Shown here piece by piece: positions 23,455 through 35,160 of a stretch of DNA of 64,000 nt. Position numbers and translations under genes: made by a program. The number at the start of each line of letters is the position of its first letter. Position 1 is the stretch's first letter. The DNA comes from Clytia hemisphaerica (lineage: Eukaryota): the NCBI RefSeq assembly GCF_902728285.1, contig NW_027104472.1:1127681-1191680 (forward strand), given 5' to 3'. Below the pieces are notes generated by a model. The model searched no databases and was not told where the DNA came from. It saw only the letters and a program-made list of their open reading frames with translations.

Positions 23455-23735
23455 TTGGGCTTTTCCAGAAAAAAACCGTGCACCCCCTGTTGAGGAGGTT
23501 CAACCTTTTGTGACCTACCCCCTTGGAATTCCAGCCAATTTTAGGATAATACCCCTCTGGAATTCCGAATTTTTACAAATTTTTAATCATTACCCCCTTG
23601 GAATTCTGCTTATTTTTGACGGATTTTCGTCTATCCCTATGGAATTCCACTGAATTTCAAACCTTACCCCCTTGGAATGGAAATGGACCTCCTCAACAGG
23701 GGGTGCACGATTTTTTTCTGGAAAAGCCCATTTTG
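23455..23735. mobile_element. MITE family I (TIR gggcttttccagaaaaaaaccgtgcaccccctgttgaggagg) with internal acccccttggaattcc subrepeats
   Basis: ggcttttccagaaaaaaaccgtgcaccccctgttgaggaggttcaacc (23457 onward) versus ggacctcctcaacagggggtgcacgatttttttctggaaaagccc (23687-23731). Five internal repeats of about 35 bp containing ccccttggaattcc. Confidence 0.75.
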
Positions 23736-24566
23736 TGATTTTTTTGAATGTTGTAAATTGATATTCGCTTTGAATTTTTGTACTGTACTTGTGATCATGG
23801 TGCAAAGAAGACACCGAAACGTCAATTAATGAATAAAATTAAATATTTAGTTTTCAGTTTTTTTATCAATATAGCCTATAACGGACTCATTCTCCAATTC
23901 TTGTCGCCTGGCCACTAAAATAATATTATTTTCAATTTACATACAGGTGAAAGAAATGGCGATTATCAATTTATACCCTTTATCGAAAACAAGATATTAT
24001 TTTTTCATATCTTTGATTTCAAACCCGCTGATTTGATATATCTTCACTATTTTCTCAACACAGCACCCATTTGAATATTATGAATGCAAAATACAGAAAG
24101 AAAATGAAATCCATGAAAAGGCATGAGCTGCGAGGAAAATGAATTGTTTTTTTGTGAGATTTTTATGGGAAAAATGACGAATTCATTGAAAATTTTAACT
24201 TGGTGGATGTATAGCGTATTATGATAATTTTCCTAAAATATTCATATTTTCTCAGGGAATATCTTTTTTCTGAAAATAAGTTTGAGTTTATCGACCCAGT
24301 GATATTCCAGGGGGGGGGGTACTTAGGCAAATGGAGGGTACGGTATGTGCCGCCCTTAAGGGTACCTTTTTTGGACTTACAAAGTCCCGCTAAGGGTCGG
24401 AAAAATCAGAAAATCAAATTTCAGTCCCACTAAGGGTCGGAAAAATAGGAAAATTTCAACTTTTCACCCCATGAAAGATCGAAATTTGATCAAAATTGGT
24501 CAAATTTGTCCCGCTAAGGGTCGTAAAGTTCCCAAAATTTTCCTTAGTTTTCTCTTTTTTAGTCCT

Positions 24567-24657
24567 GGAAGTTTATCGTGGCTTTGATCACGAGATTTAC
24601 GTTTGACTACGTTTACCAAACATAAATCTTGTGATTCAAACCACGATAAACTTCCAA
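24567..24657. repeat. Perfect about 90-bp palindrome (hairpin)
   Basis: ggaagtttatcgtggctttgatcacgagatttacgtttgactacgtttaccaaacataaatcttgtgattcaaaccacgataaacttcc. Confidence 0.7.
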
Positions 24658-25570
24658 TATGAATATCTTTTTTTCAATTTTAAGGCGTGCAAGAATATTA
24701 CCGAATAAAAATAATTTGGGAAGATGAAGAATGAAAAAAATAAATTTCATTAAGAACCCATCTTCGTAAGGTAATTTTTTGATCTTAGAATACCATCACT
24801 GTGAAAAAAATATTCATTACATAAATATATTAATCCAATCACAAGATAGCCCAAAGTTTATCACTATGGTTGACTTAAAAGATTAACAAATCAACAAAAA
24901 GGAGCCCATTTTAAAGTCAACCAGAAAGAAGTTTTAAGCTGTACTTTTTGACTGAATAAATACTTTTTGAAAATTTCTTCACTTTAATAACCCTCTAAGA
25001 TTGGACATCCTCGTATGAAAATGAAGATCATAGGACAATAAGAAGTTGTTTTTTTATTCATTTTTTTTATTTTCTATTTTTTTCTGAATATTTTCAATTT
25101 CAACATATTCCACTCCTTAATATCTTTCCAACAAGCGCAAAATAGCAATGCAGGTCGAATTCTTTCAAAAGTTACAGCTAAGAATCGTCGTTATCCGGTC
25201 GACAAGCTCTTGCTTTTTATTCGGTCAATAAAGGAAGTGTATCAAGAATCCCCGGGTCCCAGGCTTACCGGCTCCAAGTAATTACAAATACATGTTTTTT
25301 TTTTATAAGCAAGTGTCTGTCCCTATATCAGGCTCACATTATGCTTAGCATTCTATTGTTCTTAAACAATAGAGCCATTGTCCTGCCATTGTTTAGGCAC
25401 CAAAAACTGAGCCTGCATATGCTTATAAACGTTATGCTTATAAAAGAAAAAACATGTAATGAAATTATAGATATACCTTCCATTTGCACCGTGTAATATC
25501 GTCAAAAACCAAAAATCATTACACGAAACGCTCATATCGAATCTCAGTTCACGTGTGATGCTAAAAAGAT

Positions 25571-26006
25571 CAGTTCGGGAAATTGCACAGATCCGCAACG
25601 ATGCGAAATTCTGCATCTTCAGCGTTGTGATATTCCGCAACGTTGCGAAATTTCGCAGCTTTACTGCTGCATAATTTCGCAGCTCTGGCCTTTGGACCGA
25701 AATCGGCATCGCAGGGCCTGGGCCGGAGTCCCAAAATAATGTGCATTTTGAAGAACAACCCAAAAGGAAACTTTTCGCCCTAGCATTTTAATTTCCTACC
25801 TAGCGATTATTCACTATCATTCTTGGAAGAAATGCTACTTTGTTCAAGAAAGCAAGTTTTTGCCTGATTGTGCATGTGTTTAGAAGAAAATTGCTGGTAG
25901 GCGATAATTTCTAAAATCACAAGCTTCAATTAGAAGCGTTGCGTAAAATAGCAGCGCAACCCTGGGAATATTGCAACGTTGCGGATCTATGCAATTTGCC
26001 GAACTG
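25571..26006. mobile_element. TIR element immediately 5' of the GPCR gene
   Basis: cagttcgggaaattgcacagatccgcaacg (25571-25600) versus cgttgcggatctatgcaatttgccgaactg (25975-26006). Internal repeats gcaacgttgcgaaatttcgcagc. Confidence 0.65.
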
Positions 26007-26086
26007 AGATGAGAAGAAGTCAAAAAATCAATTGGTATTTTCTTAATGTGTTTACATTAATTTCATGTTTTAGGTAACCGTTCATA

Positions 26087-26953
26087 ATGGCTGAGTTCAA
26101 AATAAATGACGAAGAGAAAGCCCGTACTGCGCTCTCTGTAATCGTTCTCCTGGTTAATTTCATCGAAATCGTCTACATTACGAGGTTACGAAGGCAAAAG
26201 TCAAATTACGAGACTTTGTTATTGAGTTTATCGGTCGCTGATTTATCATTTGCGATTGCGAATATCATAACTTCCATATTTTTATTCGAAGATTTATTCA
26301 CTAATTCAGGTGTTGGGCTAATGATTTACATTTATTCATTGCTATTATCTATTTTACATATCTTGGGAATAACAGTTGATCGAATGTCTTAAATTTTATT
26401 ACCACTGAAACATAAAATCTATTGGCGTAGGAGGCATGTCCGAGGATTGATATTCACACTTTGGATTGTGCCTTTTCTAGTAATAGTTCCTGTATTCAGC
26501 ACGGTATATATTTATGGTTTTGCATATTATGTTGGGATGGTACAACATATTTCTATGTATTCAATTTTCATTTCGAATTCTCTTTTCACTGTCGCTTATA
26601 TCGTCATCATTGTGAAACTTCGGCAACAATTCTTGAAGCAGAAATTTATGACGAACCATAATAACCAGAATATATCGAAATGCAAGATATCAGTAAGAGA
26701 GATTCGTGTTTTTGTGATCTGCTTTTTGACATGTTTCGTTTATATTGCATTGACTTTACCGTTTGCTGTTTATTTGATATTTGATAAATCATGGCCTTCG
26801 TTTTGTGGCATTTTACTTGTCTTAAATTCTGGAATAAACTCATTTATATATCTTGTATTCGAGGGTTTCTTTTGCAAACTTTTCCGTAAAAAGAACACAG
26901 AGAAATCCAGAAGCCACCCAGAAGCACAAGATATACAGAACATCAGTAGTTAA
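26087..26953 (+). pseudogene. Intronless rhodopsin-like (class A) GPCR with one in-frame TAA at 26390-26392. Either a pseudogene, a nonsense allele or a sequence error.
   Basis: A single frame 26087-26953. Translation MAEFKINDEEKARTALSVIVLLVNFIEIVYITRL...LSLSVADLSFAIAN (TM2 LxxxD motif) ...ILGITVDRMS (DRY-like DRM at the TM3 end), then TAA, then ILLPLKHKIYWRRRHVRGLIFTLWIVPFLVIV... TMs 4-7 ...NSGINSFIY (NPxxY-like) ...stop. ORF-track entries 26087..26392 and 26447..26953 share the same phase. Confidence 0.55.
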
Positions 26954-27610
26954 GCTGAGTAAAAACAAGTGATTCATAAAAACCACAGAAAGATAACACT
27001 TATACCCTGTTATAAATTTGTATTGTTCTAGGGTATAGAATATCGTTCTGATCGTGATGACACTAAAATGGACAGCGTGGATTTTAGAGATTCTAATTAA
27101 ATTAAAGCAATGACTTTATTAATAAAAATATCGAGACTTGAAGATGATCCGAAATACTGTTTTCCCGTCAAAATTTTGGCCAAATCCCGGAATCCCGAAA
27201 ATTGAAAAAAATAACAACATCGTCACACCGGTTTGTGAGCTTAAAATACCGGAATACTGACAAAAAATAAGTCTAAATACCGTCACCGTCTGATTTTGAA
27301 ATACCGTTTCCCGTCTCTTTTTTCGTCAAATCCCGTACTAAAAAAGGGCCAATCCCGTCACACCGTAAAAGTACAACCCCCAACCCCCCCCCCCCCTTGG
27401 AAAAGTAACAAAAACACTCAAATTGAAAAATAAAAATAATGTATTTTGATAAAAATGATATAAAATTACACCGTTATAAAATTAATAAAATACAGTTGTT
27501 AAATTTTGTTAGTTTGAATATCATAAACAAAGTATTAGAGCAGATCCGAGGTGGCTGTCTAGCTTCCATATTTTTAAGGAAAAATTTTAGGATTTTGCTA
27601 TTATAGGGAT

Positions 27611-27742
27611 CAACCTCGTCCCCGTGTATCCCAGGCTTTATTTACGTTACTGATTGACGCCAGAGAATCAACAATCGACACTCTAAAATCTAGCGCTATC
27701 AGAAAGAATCAAAAAGCTGATAATACGCAGGGAACGAGGTTG
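27611..27742. mobile_element. MITE family H, copy 3
   Basis: caacctcgtccccgtgtatcccaggctttatttacgttactga...atacgcagggaacgaggttg. Confidence 0.7.
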
Positions 27743-28193
27743 TATAGGGATAAGAATGTTTCTCCAAATTCGACAAAAAAATTGTTTAAAGTTGTATTAG
27801 AAATGTATCATCTCTAACTTTTACCTTCATCTGACACCGTTTTTTAAACTAGGTTCTCAAAATTTATTTGGATTTTAATATTAGTCGATTTCTTTTTAAA
27901 AAGTTTAATTACCTGACGTATTTAAATATCTATTGGTTGAATAAAGAAATTCCAATCCCCTAAACTCAAGTATAAGAAGAATGGCTTTGAGGATTTTACT
28001 TTACATTAAAGTTACACTGTAGAAAATTTAAACTGGAGAACATAGTTGAAGGTCCCTTGAATTCAAATGAAATTGAGACTATTCAAAACTACTAGAAGTT
28101 ACAGCTTTTTCAACCAAAACTAAGATAATGACTGCGATTCTCTCAAATTGCAGTTCCAGAATAAATTTGAATGGTGTTCAAAGTTCAAAATAC

Positions 28194-28440
28194 TAAAGGC
28201 CGGTCTCCACTTGCGCACTTTTCGATCGCACTTTTTTAAGCAAATCTTCCACGCTATTGGTCAAAAGAAAAATGAAGCAACTCCATTGGTGCGATCTGAC
28301 ATAACGTTTGAAAAAAGAAGAAATGTGTTCAACTTTTTTTTCGAGCGCGCGCTACATTTATGACGTAATCTTTTTTCCGAGCAAAGGATTGAAGCCAAAA
28401 GGTGCGATCGCAGCGCGCGCAATTAGAGACCGGCCTTTAG
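28194..28440. mobile_element. MITE (TIR ctaaaggccggtctc) abutting the 3' end of the large minus-strand gene
   Basis: ctaaaggccggtctccacttgcgcac (28194-28219) versus gcgcaattagagaccggcctttag (28417-28440). Confidence 0.7.
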
Positions 28441-28458
28441 ATGAATAGACTGTATCAC

Positions 28459-30503
28459 TTAAGGCAATTCTTTTCCCTTTTCATCCGATATCCCAACATC
28501 CACCACGTCACCCAAAATGCTGTTCGAATGTTCAGTTTGTTGACTAACTTCCTCTATCAAGTCATATGAACATCTACAACACGGAAAAACATTCCCGAAC
28601 CCGATTTCTAAGCGGGCTAATATACGGGCTAATTTCGGGAACAAAGTAAACCGATCTTCCAATAATATAAATGTGATGAAGTATAGGCAAATCAGCAAAT
28701 TTCCAACTCCAATCACGAATGACTTGATTTGTAAAACGAGTAAATTGTCTCGGTTATCCAAAGCTGTATAAGAGAGGATGATAGGCACAAGTGTAATCAA
28801 GTTGAGAAAATTACCAGACATTGTAGTACAAAGTTTCTCAAACCATTTACGTTCAATCGCTGTCATAATTTCGGGACGTCTCGGTAAATATTTCTCATAG
28901 GGATCCAGGTAGAGTACTAGTACGATATTAATCACGAGTAAAGCGATAATAAAGGGTCGTTGTAGTCCCCAAGTGATCGGTATAAAGGATAAAATGACGG
29001 ATAACAACATCCAACGTAACGTCAAGAAAACAACAAACACTGAGTGACCATTATATACGCCATCAGGGAGGAACATAATCCCAATTTCGTTATTAACATC
29101 ATCTGGGAATAATTGTTTGAAATAAATATAATGCAATGTAAATGGTATTCCAAGGAAATAAAAGAAAGACCCGAATATACCCAACATTTGGATTATGGAT
29201 TTTAGTTCACATTTCTTCCATGGTTGTGATGACATATACCATATGCCAGTTACTGGGTCCATTTTACAACTCAGCGTACTTAAGCTCATGTTACTCAAAG
29301 GAAACTGAAGAACTGACATGAATAAACAGTAAGAAAGAAATGCTCTCCTCCAAACTGGAATCTTCTGTACAGAACCAACAATCAGCATGTACAGTACTAG
29401 CAGTATTCCTAGTATGAGTGGTAGACAAAAAATAAGTACAAACGCACCTTCCCAGCCTAAGTTCGTTCCAGTGTAAAAATTCGGTAAACAGGCTAAACCA
29501 GGGACAGGTGCGTACATCATTTCTAAAAACTGTAGAAGATATTTCATGAAATTTGGCCATACGAAGTTTCCTTGTAATAACGCTTGTAGTGTTTGTATGT
29601 AGAAAATGAAAGTGAGTGTAGCATGCGGTGGAGAGCGAAGTTGTTGCATGTAGACAATCACTACGATGAAGACCATGAATAAAACTGACGCTGTGGAGGA
29701 GATCCCGAGAAGGACCAATAAAACGGTAATTAAAACTTCCAACAGGTTTTGATCGGTCACGGCATATTCGTTGAACGCTTTCGCCGATTTATGTTTACGT
29801 ATGAAATAGACTGCAAGAATGAAAATTGACGTAAGAAGGGCAGCGATGACGCAAACGGTTTGGCGTAAACCCATTGCACACGGGGCACAATGGTAAGGTG
29901 CTTTACGGTAATAGCCGTTCTCACAGGCCGAACAAAGTCGATCTTTATGCCCGATCGGACAGGGGTTTGAGCATGAGCTTGTACATTTTGGATCGATATC
30001 TGAAGCCGTGCGGTTTTGACAATGTAGATGACAGACTGAGCCCGTACATGGTGTAAACCGAGACATAGTCGTTGAGCATTTTATAACTGCCTGTAAATTA
30101 CGAGGTGTGTCTGGCCAATAGCCTTTAGAAACGTATAAAACAGCATCAGTTAGGTTGGTTGAGCCACCAATACACATGGCATTAGGCAAGCAAGGAACAC
30201 ATCTTTTTGTAGCCGACCCATAGTAGCTGATTTTACAGTAGCAATCGTCTATGGTCTTCGCGCCGACCTTCGAAGTTGCATTCTCTGGGCACCTTTCTTG
30301 AGTTGGTTTGACTGATCCTTTTGGACAGTAATATCCAGATAGACACGTTTGTGGAGCATTTGCTGCTTCGTCGCCAGAGAAACTTTGAGCAGTACCAGCA
30401 GGGCAATACGTGCCAGCTGGACATAAATGAGGTGGTGTTGCTGTCTTGTCTAAAACGTCTGCGAGTGGGTTGGATGTTGATGTACCCTCTTGACAAAAGA
30501 ATC
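28459..30503 (-). CDS. Large minus-strand gene, terminal exon: ephrin-receptor-like (GCC2/GCC3-type CxxGxYC) cysteine-rich repeats followed by about 10 predicted TM helices
   Basis: ORF-track entry 28459..30588 (709 aa). Acceptor tatttttag|g (minus, ag at 30505-30504) gives (G)FFCQEGTSTSNPLADVLDKTATPPHLCPAGTYCPAGTAQ...CLSGYYCPKGS...CSACENGYYRKAPYHCAPC, then hydrophobic segments VCVIAALLTSIFILAVYFI, LITVLLVLLGISSTASVLFMVFIVVIVY, GAFVLIFCLPLILGILLVLYMLIV, IIQMLGIFGSFFYFLGIPFTL, VFVVFLTLRWMLLSVILSFIPI, FIIALLVINIVLVLYL, FLNLITLVPIILSYTAL, FVIGVGNLLICLYFITFILL and others. Stop at 28459-28461. Confidence 0.7.
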
Positions 30504-30699
30504 CTAAAAATACAATGTGGGAAAGAAGGTTTATATGAAAAGATTTATAAAAGAGATTAGCCTTTACATTTAGTACAACACGAACCACAAAATTTACAAA
30601 AAATTAAAGTGCACTATTAGGTTTGATTGCTAATTCCTATTCCATGTTTAATAAGTAAAAAGTCTGTTGCAAATTCTTAGGAAAAGACGTAATACATAC

Positions 30700-32000
30700 C
30701 TTCTGGGCAAGCACCACTAGGTTGCAGTTGACTGTAATCACTACAGTAAAATCCAGCGGGACATAAACGACATCCCAAACCAGCATGACCTGGTGTACAT
30801 CTTGAGCAAAAATAATTTCTAGGTAAGACTGTATCTACACCATAACCGTTAATACAATCACCTATTAAATCCACTTTCTGTAGATACGTTACGAAGGTTA
30901 TACCGAACGGTTTAGTGTCTTGACCGCTGTGTATCATCCCGATTCCCGCAATCAAATCCGTATGATCGAACCGGTATAGTAAACGAAATGGGCACGAATC
31001 AGTCGCATACATCAAAACAGTTTTCTCAAAACTGATCACAAGTCTTTGTGCGATTTCATTGAAATCAAGAATCGGGATATTAGTGACAAATAAATCGTCA
31101 TATTTGGATAATAAACTTCCGAATTTATGATCAATACTTTGCGTACATACAGGCTGTAGTGTGATCGATGAAATAAAGGAAATATGATAAGTTTGATTAA
31201 CAACATTGGCTAGCGGTGTCTCAGCGCATAAAACAACCATCTGTGCACGCACGTAATCGTTATAGTTCGTAACAGCGAGACAATTTGTTATTTTGCCTTC
31301 ACGTTGTAGCTCAATCTTGTAATTTTGAGCGATTTTGTATTCCAATATTTTAGTAGAGACATCAGTTGTATTATGAGAAGCCAACAAGAAGGTATCAACA
31401 TTCGTGAAATAGATCACCCAAATACGAGTTGATTCTGTAGCATCGAAATCATCCCATGTCCAGCTACCTTTTACTTCTGCTTGCGCAACAATACCGGACA
31501 TGTTATATGATATACGGGCCATGTCCGCAATACGGAAAATCTGAATAGTTAAATAGTCGTTCGAAAGTTCTTGCACGACCAATAAATGATCATTCTTTGG
31601 GTTGATTCCTGCTTGGATGACGAAGACTTTATCACTGACACTAACGATGGAACGTAGATCCGGTGAACTGGTGTTTGTTACGGTTATAGCGGAAGCGCTA
31701 AACGCACCATACGGGGAGCGGTAGTATGACAGGTAAGCGAATGTTTTACCATCGGGTGAAAAGAAAGCGAAAGGGTGTTCAAAATTATGATTGATTCCGA
31801 CAGTTGATAAAGTATCGGCGATGAAGAAGGAGTAAGCTTCTGCGTACTCGAAGTCAATACTCAGTGCATTTTCTTTACTACCGTCACGGAAGAAGAGACG
31901 CCCTCCGTGTGAGAATAGCCAGATGTCACGTGACTGGTGATTGACCAATAGGAAGGACTCAGCAGGTGTGATACTTGTTGCAAGTGAAGGGTAAAGTAAC
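30700..32000 (-). CDS. Large minus-strand gene, exon 3: PD40/beta-propeller-like region plus first Cys-rich repeats
   Basis: Contains ORF-track entry 30677..31948. Acceptor tcttcttctttttag|g (minus, ag at 32002-32001). Translation (R)LLYPSLATSITPAESFLLVNHQSRDIWLFSHGGRLFFRDGSKENALSIDF...FFSPDGKTFAYLSYYRSPYG...CSRCTPGHAGLGCRLCPAGFYCSDYSQLQPSGACPE(G). Donor GAAG|GTATGT (minus) at 30699, phase 1. The 196-nt intron to 30504 restores CPEG-FFCQEG, a complete Cys repeat. Confidence 0.6.
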
Positions 32001-32329
32001 CTAAAAAGAAGAAGATTACAATTATTTTGATCTAATCGATGTAATGTTCAAAGAAGACGTTATTTGGTGATAAAATTTATTATTAATAACATTGAATTTT
32101 TTGTTTTTTTGTAGTTTACTAAAATATTAGAATTAGGCGTAATATTAGAAGTTCAGGTTAATTGTGCAGCACTTCATCATAAAAAAATTACTTAAAAAAA
32201 AAAGAATATGTACAACTAAAATTTGCCAGTTTTTGAGAGGATCTCAAAAATTAGTTTTTGAACTTATGATTACATTTTCAACGAATGCAGGTAACGTCCA
32301 TTCAAGATTGAAAGAATTGAAATATTTAC

Positions 32330-32546
32330 CTAGATGCAATCAATGCTGGTTGTAGTTCAGCGCGTACGTTGAAAATGAATCCTTTAGGATCAGCTGTTGC
32401 GCTAGGTACAATTTCGAAGAAGAATGTATCGCTTGATGCAAAACCGAATCGATTGATAGCGACACCCAGTCTCCAAGCAGATACGGTAAATGTGGAGATC
32501 GGATATGCAGATTTTCGGTCACTAATATCGAAGATGCGAGGTTCAC
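32330..32546 (-). CDS. Large minus-strand gene, exon 2 (laminin-G/pentraxin-like segment). Reading frame ambiguous.
   Basis: Acceptor tctcaccttag|gt (minus, ag at 32548-32547) and donor TCTAG|GTAAAT (minus) at 32329. Chosen frame gives (G)EPRIFDISDRKSAYPISTFTVSAWRLGVAINRFGFASSDTFFFEIVPSATADPKGFIFNVRAELQPALIAS. Its phases join exon 1 (phase 1) and exon 3 (phase 2) exactly. All three frames are open here, so the frame rests on phase continuity. Confidence 0.4.
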
Positions 32547-32723
32547 CTAAGGTGAGATTTTGACAAATTAAAACGAATGTATCGATGTTAATTTGAGTGA
32601 CTAAATAAGAGGGATATGTGGATGGGGAAATACAGAAGTATAGGAGAAATTCTCAGGAGTTTTAGAGAAAGATTAGAAAGAAATTTTCAAGAATTTTAGA
32701 GTCCCAAAAATATGTTATGCTTT

Positions 32724-33050
32724 TTAGGTACCTTAAAGGAAGAAGTTTTGGCGGGAATTTAATTTGGCGGATGACCGAAAAAGTTTTTTCAGAGGGAATT
32801 TAATTTGGCGGATGGCTGGAAAAATTAAATTTGAAGGGAATTTAATCTGGCGATTGCAGAATATTTTTGGCCAAAATCGTTATCAAATAAGCGAAAAAAT
32901 TTTTGTTTTAAGGCCTGAAATAGCACCAAGTTGGGGAATGCGTTAAATAAAATAAATTTGGCGGGAATTTAATTTGGCGGATTGAGGAAAAAATAAATTT
33001 TGGCGGGAACCGCCAAATTTTCTTTCCGCTAAAATTTCTTCCTTTAACGT
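32724..33050. mobile_element. MITE family F copy 2, inside intron 1 of the large minus-strand gene
   Basis: ggcgggaatttaatttggcggatgaccg...ggcgggaaccgccaaattttctttccgctaaaatttcttcc. Confidence 0.55.
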
Positions 33051-33291
33051 AAGTCGTATGTATTGTGGTATTCTGAAAACATCAAACGCTAAACTACATC
33101 CGGTCTCATCTCATGGATGGATTCTCAAAGTTCATCAGGAAAATGACCAGGTGAGGTTATTTTGAAAATTAATCGGCGGAATCTTAGATCTACTTCCCGT
33201 TGAAATAACCTTACGTTTATCCTATGAAACCAAACTTTGAGCAAGGAAATAGCTAAGGCTAATTGATACTGGAGTGTAGAATTAAACTTAC

Positions 33292-34303
33292 CAAGAATTA
33301 GACAAGCAATCAAACTTCCTTCGTTTGAAACGCTGCATGGAAAATGTTCGCTTAACGATCCAGTCAACATGTTAAAAGTCATTACAAGGTCTTGTATTAC
33401 AAATCCTCCACATTTATAAAAATGATGTGTCAAACGCCCGGCACAGTAGACAGAAAAGAAGGTTTTGAAGGAATGTGTGTCTGCGTTTAAAACAATGTAT
33501 TTGTCCAGTGACAACATTCGTTCTCCATCCTCAGCTGTAAACATAAGACCGGCAACACTCTCGTTGTTCGGGTTAATGACACAACTGTCGACAACCAATT
33601 CCAATTCACGACACGCTCTTAACGGACATGAATATAAACACGAGTCAGAGAAAACGTACAGGAAGTCATATGATGCAGCCACGTCGGTTACTTTCAATTC
33701 ATTTTGCAGGTCACCTATCACGAGATTACTTTCAAGTTGGATTTTACTGTCTGGCCAATCGAGAACATTAATAATAGAATAAAGCTGTGTCTTCTTTAGC
33801 CAGACAAGAACGGAAGAAGTTTTATTTCCGATAACGTGTACATGGAGCTCTCGCAAGTTATCAAACGCAGTGTAAACCAGCTCTAAATCCGAATCATCTG
33901 TTTCTTTCGTTAGACAAGTCTTTGAGAGCCGAACCAAAAAAGCTCGGTTTTTAGTCTTGCATTGTAAAGCAACCAAGTAGACAAAAGGTTGCACTAATAG
34001 AGCACTTTGTACTGAAATACACGAATCCCCCGTTACATTTTTAAGATTGATCTTGACAAGAGCACAATTTGAGGGTCCACTTTCTTCAGAGAATATCGCA
34101 TTTGCTTGCATTACATCATCAAGTAACGCCCATTCGACAACTGTTGTGTTTCCATGGGATACTGTTTGATAGGACATCGGGTTTGGACCAAGGTTTTTCG
34201 GTTTGTATAAGGAATCTTCGTAAAGTTCGGGGAAATATAAATTGCAGTTGACAAAGATACATAATGATGCGAATAAGCATATGTATGAGAAATGGTTCCA
34301 CAT
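33292..34303 (-). CDS. Large minus-strand gene, exon 1: ATG, signal peptide, Cys-containing ectodomain
   Basis: ATG at 34303. Translation MWNHFSYICLFASLCIFVNCNLYFPELYEDSL... (hydrophobic signal peptide) ...CPLRACRELELVVDSCVINPNNES...SLIACLIL(G). Strong donor CTTG|GTAAGT (minus) at 33291, phase 1. ORF-track entry 33125..34303 runs past this donor into the intron. A weaker alternative donor CCTG|GTCATT lies at 33147. Confidence 0.55.
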
Positions 34304-35160
34304 TTAGATGAAAAATATTTTTGTTGAAATTTGTATAGTTTTTCCGTCTTCGCCAATCAAGGTTCGTGTTCGTCCAGGTTCATGGTCTTCTTTAAGGCAT
34401 AGTTTCGCAGGATACCTTTGAATATTAAACTACTTTTCAGTATGTCAGTATTCTGCTCTTCTCTTTATGTATTGATTGTTAGGCTCTTTCCTCGAACGGC
34501 TCTTTCCTCGAACTTCAATTGTAAATCTTCGTAAAGATGAAGAGCATCTGAGAGTTTAATTATATCCTCAAAACTACAAACAATTCATAACCAAAATGAG
34601 ATACCAATTTCAATCCCTCGACTTGCCCTTCAATATGATAATCACACTATCAAATTATTTTGTAAAAACCATGCACGTGCTGAAAATGAGTAAAATAGTA
34701 GCCCCTTCTCTACATTACGAACAATTGATCTTTATAAACAAAACGTAAGTTGTTTTGTTTATCTTTCCTGTTTATGTTTTGTTTGTTATTACCGATTTTG
34801 TTTTTTTTGTTTCTCGAATATGAGGAGCAGTGTCTAAAATTACCATAATTATTACTTCTCAGAATGGAGATCAGTTGTGTTGTGGCTTGATTAAAATTGG
34901 GGCAGGCTAAGGAAGCAAACTTAAAAATTTGATATTTTGTTGCCCCTCATTTCATTAACAAAATTATTTATATCTGCAAATGGTTTCTCGTCTTTCGACA
35001 CCCCTAAAATCACGGGCGCTAAAGGGTGGGGGGTGGTGTTGCCTTTCTGGCCACAAAGCTACTGAAAGATATTTAAAGTGCAACAAAAGCAATTCATTTT
35101 TATGACCTTGACACCGAATTTTTAGCGTATAATAGAGCGTATTGTATTTAAAATACAAAA

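Noticed and set aside
29291-30560. Short ORFs on both strands (29291..29560, 29874..30056, 30233..30496, 30321..30560)
   Set aside because: They are alternative-frame shadows inside the well-supported 709-aa terminal exon of the large minus-strand gene.
33125-33291. 3' end of ORF-track protein 33125..34303 (..KFNSTLQYQLALAISLLKVWFHRINVRLFQREVDLRFRRLIFKITSPGHFPDEL*)
   Set aside because: It lies beyond a consensus CTTG|GTAAGT donor at 33291 whose phase joins exon 2 exactly, so it is most likely intron read-through. It is kept as an alternative in case the gene terminates here.
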